DNA of 64,000 nucleotides, from the NCBI GenBank assembly GCA_001776935.1, contig MFDN01000015.1:30130-94129 (forward strand), read 5' to 3'. Below the pieces are notes generated by a model. That model did no database searches and was not told the DNA's origin. It worked only from the letters and a program-made list of their open reading frames with translations. A program made the translations under genes and the position numbers. The stretch comes from Candidatus Daviesbacteria bacterium RIFCSPLOWO2_01_FULL_39_23 (GTDB lineage: Bacteria > Patescibacteriota > Microgenomatia > Daviesbacterales > UBA10151). This document shows positions 19,403 to 26,847 of this stretch, in pieces (positions within the stretch are counted from its first letter, which is position 1; every line of letters begins with the position of its first letter).

Positions 19403-20368
19403 GTGGAAAAAGTTTCAGGAATGGTTAAAAAATTTAAAGAGACTTTTGGAGATGCACCGGAACTTAAAAAACCTTGGACCAGAGGCAAATACTCTGTGCC
19501 GCTCAAGTTGAGAGATATCCACTATAGAGACTCTCTTCCATTCGCAAAGTTTGAGGGAATTAGCGGGAAAGAAGATGATGGAGTTTTGAAGGTCAGGGTT
19601 GACTATGCTGGTAGTTTGGATTTAAGAAGAGAGCAAGCTTTTATTAAGAGTGGTACCCAATTTACTCTGAATTATGTTGACATCAGGTTTAATACAGGTC
19701 CAGTGGACATTATTTATTCTGCAAAGTATGACCATCTTATTGAAAATTCCTATACAGACGAAAGAGCTTGGCCATATTTTTCGCGTGAGCTACTAATTCA
19801 ATTTACAGGAAGACGGGACATGCCGTTGGCTATGGCTGAATATTTTAGTAGCAACAGGAGGATTCAGTACGCACTATATATGACCTGCGGTGAATTTGGT
19901 GATTTACAGGCCTCTCTTGGGGCTCAAGCTGGGGAAAAAGATGACTCTGGACTGGGGTTTGCCAAAGTAGATATCGGTGCTCTTCCCGGTGCTCATATAC
20001 AAGAGTTAAGGAACAGCGCAGATAATATAAAGACTGAAACATCACCCAAGCCTATTCCTATAAATGGAGTTCCGATGAATATTGACGACTCTCCTTATAT
20101 ATACCGGGTTTTACATAGTCAAGACCACCAGGAGTGGGGACAGGGTAGGTTAGCGTTATCCAGACTGCATTTTGAAACAGGATCGGTGATGATGTTGTCG
20201 GTACCTGAGTGTGTAAATCAGCATGAATACATGAGTTATATGATAGGCGATCAATGGAATGATATTTTACACAGATATCCTGTGAGATTTGTAACAGTGG
20301 AGAGTGGGAAACCTCGACAATGGTTGCATACTTTTGGTAGAGACGATAAACTTTTAGAAGTTAGATAG
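19403..20368 (+). CDS. Hypothetical protein (321 aa), GC-richer than the surrounding sequence
   Basis: Clean ORF with no TM segments and no recognisable motifs; lies immediately upstream of the duplicated-pepP/TA cassette. Confidence 0.5.
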   Translation: MEKVSGMVKKFKETFGDAPELKKPWTRGKYSVPLKLRDIHYRDSLPFAKFEGISGKEDDGVLKVRVDYAGSLDLRREQAFIKSGTQFTLNYVDIRFNTGPVDIIYSAKYDHLIENSYTDERAWPYFSRELLIQFTGRRDMPLAMAEYFSSNRRIQYALYMTCGEFGDLQASLGAQAGEKDDSGLGFAKVDIGALPGAHIQELRNSADNIKTETSPKPIPINGVPMNIDDSPYIYRVLHSQDHQEWGQGRLALSRLHFETGSVMMLSVPECVNQHEYMSYMIGDQWNDILHRYPVRFVTVESGKPRQWLHTFGRDDKLLEVR

Positions 20369-20424
20369 CCTTCCCTTTGAGCGGAAAAATCTGAGAAATT
20401 AGTATTTTTGGTAGAATAGGGTTC

Positions 20425-20541
20425 ATGTTTAAGCAACGAATTCAGCAGGTTAGACAAAAACTTTCAAAACAAAAACTGGATGCAATTTGGATTTGTGATG
20501 TTTCCAATATTTGTTACCTGACCGGTTTTTCCACACCTTGA
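20425..20541 (+). pseudogene. Remnant 5' fragment (38 codons) of an Xaa-Pro aminopeptidase gene, a diverged duplicate of the start of the intact gene at 21355
   Basis: MFKQRIQQVRQKLSKQKLDAIWICDVSNI... matches the N-terminus of the 21355 gene (MFKQRIQQVKQKISKAKLDAIWICDVSNI...) at about 84% nt identity, then terminates. Upstream non-coding sequence is also duplicated. Confidence 0.75.
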
Positions 20542-20575
20542 TTTTTGTACAAATTTGTTCTAAAATGTACGTATT

Positions 20576-20878
20576 ATGACACAAGTAATGAAAGCCTCAG
20601 ATGTAAGGCAAAACTGGAGTAAACTGCTTAATAAAGTATACCGTAATCAAACCCGCCTGGTAGTGGAAAAAAGCGGAATTCCGGTCGCTGCCTTAATCTC
20701 AACAGAAGATTTAGACCGCTTGACAAAATTAGAAGAGCTTAGAGAAAGAAATTTTTCTGTTCTTGATGAAATCGGTGAGAAATTCAAAAATGTGCCTGCG
20801 GAAGAGATTGAGCAAGAGGTTAACAAAGTCTTAGTTAAGATTCGGGCACAAAATCGTAGAAAATCTCCTGTTGCCTAA
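20576..20878 (+). CDS. Phd/YefM-family antitoxin
   Basis: Phd/YefM-like N-terminal segment (...RQNWSKLLNKVYRNQTRLVVEKSGIPVAALISTEDLDRL...); 100 aa; directly precedes the PIN gene. Confidence 0.75.
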   Translation: MTQVMKASDVRQNWSKLLNKVYRNQTRLVVEKSGIPVAALISTEDLDRLTKLEELRERNFSVLDEIGEKFKNVPAEEIEQEVNKVLVKIRAQNRRKSPVA

Positions 20879-20884
20879 ATCAGT

Positions 20885-21322
20885 ATGATATCCGCAGTCC
20901 TGGATGCCAATATAATTACCTCTGGTATTTTAGGATACCGCAATCCTGTCAGTATTCCAGGAGCAATACTTAGATTATGGCGGCAAGGTACTTTTATTCT
21001 TGCAACATCTAAACATATTCGTGATGAGGTAAAAGTAGCACTGAGCAAATCATATTTTAAAAAACATTTGACTATCCAGGAAATATCCCGCATACAAGCA
21101 CTTCTTCAATTCCAGGCAAAACAGACAGTTATTACTGAGGATGTACATGAAACTGCTACTCACTTTGAAGATGATCTGGTTCTTGCTGTGGTTGTCAGCG
21201 CAAAAGCCGACTATTTAGTAACCGGCGATGGTCCGCTACTTCGAAAAGTCGGTAACTCTTATCAGGGAGTCAAATTGGTCAATCCGAATGATTTTCTACA
21301 AATTCTTAAGCAGCAGAGTTAG
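20885..21322 (+). CDS. PIN-domain toxin (putative TA-system toxin, PIN family, TIGR00305-like)
   Basis: MISAVLDANIITSGIL start, conserved acidic residues and C-terminal ADYLVTGDGPLL, typical of this PIN subfamily. Confidence 0.75.
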   Translation: MISAVLDANIITSGILGYRNPVSIPGAILRLWRQGTFILATSKHIRDEVKVALSKSYFKKHLTIQEISRIQALLQFQAKQTVITEDVHETATHFEDDLVLAVVVSAKADYLVTGDGPLLRKVGNSYQGVKLVNPNDFLQILKQQS

Positions 21323-21354
21323 TTTGCTGTCTGTTTTTTGATAGAATTGATTTC

Positions 21355-22446
21355 ATGTTTAAGCAACGGATTCAACAGGTTAAACAAAAAATTTCGAAAG
21401 CAAAACTAGATGCGATTTGGATTTGTGATGTTTCCAATATTACCTACCTTACTGGTTTTTCCAATTTTTCAAAAGAAGAAAGAGAGGCATATTTGCTAAT
21501 CGGTAAGGATTTTCAATTTATTATTACAGATGCCAGGTATTCTGAGGCAGTAAGAAAAGAAATCCCTCATTTAAAACTTTTTGAAAGGTCTCATCAAAAC
21601 CCAACTGAAAAATTATTTGAAAGCTTAAAAAATAAAATAAAAGTTTTAGGGATTGAAGAAGATGAGTTAACAGTTTTAGAATATAAATCGTTAAAAAAGC
21701 ATTTTAAAAAAACAAAACATTTTAATTTAAAAACCAACCGTTTGATAAAAACTCCGGAAGAAATTAAAAAAATAGAAAAAGCATGCAAATTAGGTGATTT
21801 GGCATTTAAATATATTTTGAAAAAAATAAGGACAGGTATTTCGGAAAAGGAGCTTGCTTATGAATTGGAGAAATTCATAAAAGAAAATGGGGCAGAACTT
21901 TCATTTCCTTCAATTGTAGCTTTTGGTAAAAATTCTTCCGTTCCCCATCACCAAACAGGCAATACTAAACTGGAAGAAAAGCATGGACAGTTTGTTCTAT
22001 TAGACTTCGGAGTCAAGTTAGAAAATTATTGTTCAGATATGACCAGGACTGTTTTTTTTGGCAAACCTTCTAAAGAACAACAAAAGATTTATGAAACAGT
22101 TTTATCAGCCCAACAAAAAGCTGTTGACTATATAAACAAAACTTTAAAATCAGGTAAAAAAATTTGGGCTTCCAAAGTTGATATAGCAGCCCGGGATTAT
22201 ATTATTTCAAAGGGTTTTCCAACGATTCCCCACTCGCTTGGTCATGGCATAGGGTTGGAGGTACACGAGCATCCGTCGTTATCACCTAAAAGCAAAGAAG
22301 ATTTAAAAAGCGGAATGGTTTTTTCCATAGAGCCGGGGATTTATATACCAAACTTAGGCGGGGTCCGAATTGAAGATTTATTTGTTTTGGAAAATCAGCA
22401 ACTTCGGGCATTGACCGGCTCCTCAAAAGCGCTGATTATTATATAA
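21355..22446 (+). CDS. Xaa-Pro aminopeptidase (M24B family)
   Basis: M24 metal-ligand motifs: LDFG...DMTRT, HSLGHGIGLEVHE, and FSIEPG. Confidence 0.85.
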   Translation: MFKQRIQQVKQKISKAKLDAIWICDVSNITYLTGFSNFSKEEREAYLLIGKDFQFIITDARYSEAVRKEIPHLKLFERSHQNPTEKLFESLKNKIKVLGIEEDELTVLEYKSLKKHFKKTKHFNLKTNRLIKTPEEIKKIEKACKLGDLAFKYILKKIRTGISEKELAYELEKFIKENGAELSFPSIVAFGKNSSVPHHQTGNTKLEEKHGQFVLLDFGVKLENYCSDMTRTVFFGKPSKEQQKIYETVLSAQQKAVDYINKTLKSGKKIWASKVDIAARDYIISKGFPTIPHSLGHGIGLEVHEHPSLSPKSKEDLKSGMVFSIEPGIYIPNLGGVRIEDLFVLENQQLRALTGSSKALIII

Positions 22447-22453
22447 TGAATTT

Positions 22454-23071
22454 ATGGGTAAATGGGACAAGTTGGCTGACAGGCAAACTATTGACGAAAC
22501 AATTGAAAGCTTAAAGAAAAATGGCCTGGAGGCAATGTTCGTAAATGATGGTAAAGAAGCTAAAGAAAAGGTTTTGTCATTGATTCCTGCCGGGTCTGAG
22601 GTGATGACCATGACTTCTGTCACTTTAGATACCATAGGTTTATCAGAGGAAATTAACAAAACAGGAGGCAGTTTTAAGCCGGTCAGGGATAAACTTTATT
22701 CGATGGATCGAAAAAGTGAGGCCCAGGAAATGAATAAACTGGGGGCAGCGCCGCAGTATGTTTTAGGAAGTATACATGCAGTCACTCAGGCAGGGGAAAT
22801 AATGGTTGCTTCCAATACTGGTTCTCAATTACCTGCTTATTCTTATGGAGCACTAAAGGTAATTTGGGTAGTTGGAGCGCAAAAAATTGTCAAAAATTTA
22901 GATGAGGGTTTTAAGCGTATTTATGAGCATAGTCTAATACTGGAAAGCGAAAGAGCCAAAAAAGCATACGGCGTACCCGGTTCATCTGTAAATAAAATAT
23001 TAATTATAAACAAAGAAGTGCAACCGGGAAGAATGACTATTATTTTGGTTAACGAAGTATTGGGTTTTTAG
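22454..23071 (+). CDS. LUD-domain protein (LutC/YkgG-like, DUF162)
   Basis: Overall similarity to the lactate-utilisation LUD domain fold; 205 aa. Confidence 0.55.
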   Translation: MGKWDKLADRQTIDETIESLKKNGLEAMFVNDGKEAKEKVLSLIPAGSEVMTMTSVTLDTIGLSEEINKTGGSFKPVRDKLYSMDRKSEAQEMNKLGAAPQYVLGSIHAVTQAGEIMVASNTGSQLPAYSYGALKVIWVVGAQKIVKNLDEGFKRIYEHSLILESERAKKAYGVPGSSVNKILIINKEVQPGRMTIILVNEVLGF

Positions 23072-23583
23072 GCACGGTATAACCAGAAATTTTCTACTTT
23101 TTTATATGGTCTCCAATTTGGAAAGTGATAAGTCTGGGTAATTACAACAGCGCCTTTTTTTAACTCTTTCCGTAATTTTTCTTCTAATTTCTTAACTCCT
23201 TTATGTAATAAATAAATATAGACAATGTCCGCATCAGAATAGCTTCTGGCAAAAATATTTCCATGAAAAAACTTTACGTTCCCACATCGGAAGTGGGAAG
23301 CTGATTTCCAGCGAGAATACAAAACTCTAATCCAGGATTGTTCAATGCCGACTGCATCAGCTCCCAGTTTTGCTGCTGCAAAAACCACCCGACCGTCTCC
23401 GGATCCAAGTTCATAAAATTTCTTACCCTTTTTAGCGCCTGCAAACTTTAAGATTTTTCTAATATTTTCCATTTTGGTGGGAACATAAGGTGCATCAGTC
23501 CCGGCAAACCACGATAGAGCTATAAAACAGCCGATTAAGATGCCGCCTGAAATTATTAAAGTAATATCCATTTTATTTCCCAA
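23068..23583 (-). CDS. Class I SAM-dependent methyltransferase with N-terminal membrane anchor
   Basis: YELGSGDGRVVFAAAKLGA motif I (GxGxG) after a TM helix. Confidence 0.6.
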   Translation of the reverse strand: MGNKMDITLIISGGILIGCFIALSWFAGTDAPYVPTKMENIRKILKFAGAKKGKKFYELGSGDGRVVFAAAKLGADAVGIEQSWIRVLYSRWKSASHFRCGNVKFFHGNIFARSYSDADIVYIYLLHKGVKKLEEKLRKELKKGAVVITQTYHFPNWRPYKKVENFWLYRA

Positions 23584-24655
23584 GCAATTTTAGCAGAAAA
23601 ACCTTAAGCGGTGTCAGTCTATCTATAAAAGTAAATATCAAATATATTGGCCAATCAAAGACCATATCATAAGTTCCAATATTTTCAATTAATTTTCCCC
23701 CATATCCCTGCTTAAATTTATGAAATCCATACCACGGGTCTTTTTGGTTGGCATCAGGACCTAATGCTCCCCACATATCAAATTTTTTAAGCCCTAATTT
23801 TTTTCCTAATCTAATAGCTTCCCAGGCTACTAAATTATTTGTCATAACTTCAGGGTGTGTTTTAGAAGACCCGCCATAGGGATAATAGAGTGTGTCTTTA
23901 GAATTTAAAATCATCCAGGCAGTCAAGGGTTCATTCTCAAAATAGGCAATTAAGATATGAGCCATACCAGCTTCTTTTAAGGTTTCCCATGCTTTTTGAT
24001 GATAATTTTTATTGTGGCCATGATATCCCTGTCTTTTAGTGGTTTCAAAATATAATTTTAAATAAATTTTGAAAGCTTCATCATCAGTTCTGCTTTTAAC
24101 TTTTACTCCATGCTTTTGAGCAACCCGGATATTGTAACGGGTCTTTGGATGCATGTTTTTTAACAGCTCCTCTTCTGATTTTGTTAAATCAACAATAAAA
24201 TTATATTTGGTAAAGAGTGGCTTTGGTGATCTTATAAAACTTGAATCAGTGCTGTCATTCTGAGGTCGCTGTGGCGACCGAAGAATCTCTGAACTTGTTT
24301 CAGAAGTGCTCGCATTCGCGAGAGATCCTTCGGCTAATTTCCTCAGGATGACATTGGGTTCCACCTTGATAAAAGCACAGTTATTTTCCCTGCCGATTTT
24401 TTTTAAAGCTTCTGCCAGTTCTTTGTCCGGTGCCGGGCCTTTTGGCAGATAGCCCACACATTTATTAGTAAAAGGGATTTTATGTAAAGTCAGCTGAAAG
24501 GCTTTTATTAATTTACTGTTTTGGTAAAGGCCATACCTTAAAAGAGGGATTCCCAAAGATTTTCTAAATTCTCCCCATTCCCAGGACTGGATTACATGAG
24601 TAACTAATTTATTGTAAGCAGTTTTTTGCTTTGGGGTAATTGGCCGCAGATCCAT
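23573..24655 (-). CDS. FemAB-family peptidyltransferase (peptidoglycan interpeptide-bridge formation), carrying an in-frame MITE-derived insertion
   Basis: N- and C-terminal regions look FemAB-like. The central 35-40 aa low-complexity segment (…ASTSETSSEILRSPQRPQNDSTDSS…) is encoded by repeat element B. Confidence 0.7.
   Translation of the reverse strand: MDLRPITPKQKTAYNKLVTHVIQSWEWGEFRKSLGIPLLRYGLYQNSKLIKAFQLTLHKIPFTNKCVGYLPKGPAPDKELAEALKKIGRENNCAFIKVEPNVILRKLAEGSLANASTSETSSEILRSPQRPQNDSTDSSFIRSPKPLFTKYNFIVDLTKSEEELLKNMHPKTRYNIRVAQKHGVKVKSRTDDEAFKIYLKLYFETTKRQGYHGHNKNYHQKAWETLKEAGMAHILIAYFENEPLTAWMILNSKDTLYYPYGGSSKTHPEVMTNNLVAWEAIRLGKKLGLKKFDMWGALGPDANQKDPWYGFHKFKQGYGGKLIENIGTYDMVFDWPIYLIFTFIDRLTPLKVFLLKLLGK
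24252..24354. repeat. MITE-like element, family A copy 2 (about 103 bp), inserted in frame inside the FemAB-family CDS
   Basis: TIRs ctgtcattctgagg / cctcaggatgacat. The core cgaagaatctctgaacttgtttcagaag is the reverse complement of the core at 18030-18136. Internal palindromes ggtcgc...gcgacc and ctcgcattcgcgag. Confidence 0.8.
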
Positions 24656-24671
24656 TGAAGTAATTATATCT

Positions 24672-25328
24672 CTAAAAAATCTTAATTTGGGCGTTTTGCC
24701 TAAGCTCCTGAAATTTTTGAGAGAATATTTGCGAAAGCTTCTGTTGTTTTAAAAGATCAGCTGCTTCTTTGGTTTGACCTGCAGAATCGGTTGCTCTTAG
24801 CTGTGCTTTGTTGCTTTCAACAAATTTTTCCACTTCTTCTGCAGAAGTAGTTGCGTCTTTTGAGTAAAGCTTCTCAATAGCAAGCTGTAATTTTATTTGC
24901 TGTCTTAGGCTGTCTTTAGTCTGCCCTTGTTGGGATAGAAGTGCATTTAATGCATCTGTCCCTCCCACATTGGTTTCTATTTCTGAGATTTTTTTGTTAA
25001 TTTCCGCTTCGGAAACAACAGCATTATTTTTAACGGCTTCATTTAAGATAATCTTTTCGTTAATAAGCTGGTTTAGGGTTTGAGAGCGGAACTCACGGTT
25101 TAAACGCATTTGCAGTTCAAGATTGGTAATAGGCGAACCGTTAATAGTTGCCGCAACAAACCAATTTTTCTTATAAATAACCAAAGCTACGAGAATAAGA
25201 GCTACGAGAATAATATAGAATTTCTTTGAGGATCTGAAGTTTTTTAAAGAGGACAATTTATCTAATAAATTATTAACTGTGCTGTAAGGTAGTTCTTTTT
25301 CATTTTTGGTAGTAGATTTTTTAGCCAT
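24672..25328 (-). CDS. Membrane-anchored SurA-N-domain-like chaperone protein (no PPIase domain). The ORF extends to 25391.
   Basis: TM anchor then a segment resembling the SurA N-terminal domain (INGSPITNLEL...QLINEKIILNEAVKN...VSEAEI). Confidence 0.45.
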   Translation of the reverse strand: MAKKSTTKNEKELPYSTVNNLLDKLSSLKNFRSSKKFYIILVALILVALVIYKKNWFVAATINGSPITNLELQMRLNREFRSQTLNQLINEKIILNEAVKNNAVVSEAEINKKISEIETNVGGTDALNALLSQQGQTKDSLRQQIKLQLAIEKLYSKDATTSAEEVEKFVESNKAQLRATDSAGQTKEAADLLKQQKLSQIFSQKFQELRQNAQIKIF

Positions 25329-25385
25329 TGACCGATGATAACTAATAATTTGTATTTTGGCAATAGTTGAATTAATATAATAATT

Positions 25386-26081
25386 ATGCAAAAGGGTACT
25401 GCCGCTCTTTTTATTGTGGTTATTATTTTATTAATTGTTGTCTTAGGTTCTGCTTTGTTTTTTGGCTTATCTAAAATAAAGATTGACCCCCCTTCTGAGG
25501 AAAAAATTTTAGCAAACTTACCGCTTCCGGCTCCCAAGCTTAACCCCTCGTCTTCGCCGCAAATTTATCAAAACCAAAAATTAGGAATTAAATTTGAATA
25601 CTTTCTCAAGGATTATCTGGTTAGAGAAGATTCAGAAGAGGATTTTAATAAGCGGTCTGCCGGCGCAGCGCGCAACACATCCAGTGGGGATTATCGCAAA
25701 AACTTTAAAGGATATGTAGGGTATGAACCCCCGGGTTTTTTGGGAGGAGTAGTGTTGCTGGATAAGAATAATTCTTACGATATAAGTCCGCTGACAGTTT
25801 GGATTTTTGGCAATCCTGATAATTGGACCATTGATAAATGGTTTGGCAGCTTTTGGTATTATCCTTTTGTGTGGGGTGTGTTTGACTGGACATCAAAGGG
25901 TCATATTACACCGGATACGGAGGCGACAATCAGTGGTCAGTTGGCCAAATCTAAAATTGTTTCCTATCAGCCGGGAAAGCCAAAATTTGTATATGTTGCA
26001 AAAGGACAAAAGATGTATCTATTCAGGATAGTTGGCGAAGATGGGGATAAAATCCTTACCAATTTTAAGTTTTTGGACTAA
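25386..26081 (+). CDS. Secreted hypothetical protein; member of the local paralogous family ending in ...ILTNFKFLD
   Basis: Signal anchor; C-terminal motif shared with the proteins at 38781-39860 and 61578-62192. Confidence 0.5.
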   Translation: MQKGTAALFIVVIILLIVVLGSALFFGLSKIKIDPPSEEKILANLPLPAPKLNPSSSPQIYQNQKLGIKFEYFLKDYLVREDSEEDFNKRSAGAARNTSSGDYRKNFKGYVGYEPPGFLGGVVLLDKNNSYDISPLTVWIFGNPDNWTIDKWFGSFWYYPFVWGVFDWTSKGHITPDTEATISGQLAKSKIVSYQPGKPKFVYVAKGQKMYLFRIVGEDGDKILTNFKFLD

Positions 26082-26148
26082 TCAATAATGTAGATATCTG
26101 TGAATTTAGCTCGCCATCACTTCAGCAAGTTCAGTGTTTTCGGGCACG

Positions 26149-26847
26149 CTAATCCATTAAATATATATCAATGAAGCGCGCCCTCCAACCGGCAGTACGG
26201 GCATCTTCAAACCCCAAATCAATAATGTTGCCCTTTATGGCTCCGCCGGTATCGCCTGCAATGGCCATTCCATACCCCGGTATATAAACTTTACTTCTCA
26301 TCTTAATAACTTTCGGGTCAACGGCAATTACGCCTTTGCCGGCTTTCATTCCAATGGCTGTCCATTCATCGCAACCTTTACACCTTGAATCATAGTGGGT
26401 GGCATAAACTCTCATCTTTTTCCAATATTTAATTTCTCCATCTTGAACTTGCAGGGTTTTCCAGATAATTTTGGTACCCCGTAAAATTTTTTTATCTTTT
26501 GCGGGAATTGTTTCTAAGGAGACAAGTTTTCTTTCAAACTCTTTCCCGTCTTTTGAGTAGGTGACTTTAAATATTTTTGTTTTCTTGCCGTCTTCGCCTT
26601 CTTCTAAGATTTTTTCTTCTCCGGCTTCGGTTTGGGGATCATCCTCAAAAATGACTTTTTTTAAAATAATCTCAGTTTCCTCATGTAGTTTTTCCGTAAA
26701 AGAAGAATGGGTTGTAATTGGTTGATTCATTGGCAGAGTCTGAGTAAGAGAAGGAGAAGTTTCCCCGAGTACAGCAGGAGTCTGCCAGAAGGTTTTGGCA
26801 AAAACTGTAAGAGCTATTATTAAAAGGGCTCCTAAATATCTTTCCAT
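26149..26847 (-). CDS. Secreted G5-domain plus 3D-domain protein (YabE/MltA-C-like cell-wall binding/lytic protein)
   Basis: G5-like segment (EEGEDGKKTKIFKVTYSKDGKEFERK) and a C-terminal 3D domain with conserved Asp residues (VIAVDPKVI...GDTGGAIKGNIID). Confidence 0.7.
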   Translation of the reverse strand: MERYLGALLIIALTVFAKTFWQTPAVLGETSPSLTQTLPMNQPITTHSSFTEKLHEETEIILKKVIFEDDPQTEAGEEKILEEGEDGKKTKIFKVTYSKDGKEFERKLVSLETIPAKDKKILRGTKIIWKTLQVQDGEIKYWKKMRVYATHYDSRCKGCDEWTAIGMKAGKGVIAVDPKVIKMRSKVYIPGYGMAIAGDTGGAIKGNIIDLGFEDARTAGWRARFIDIYLMD

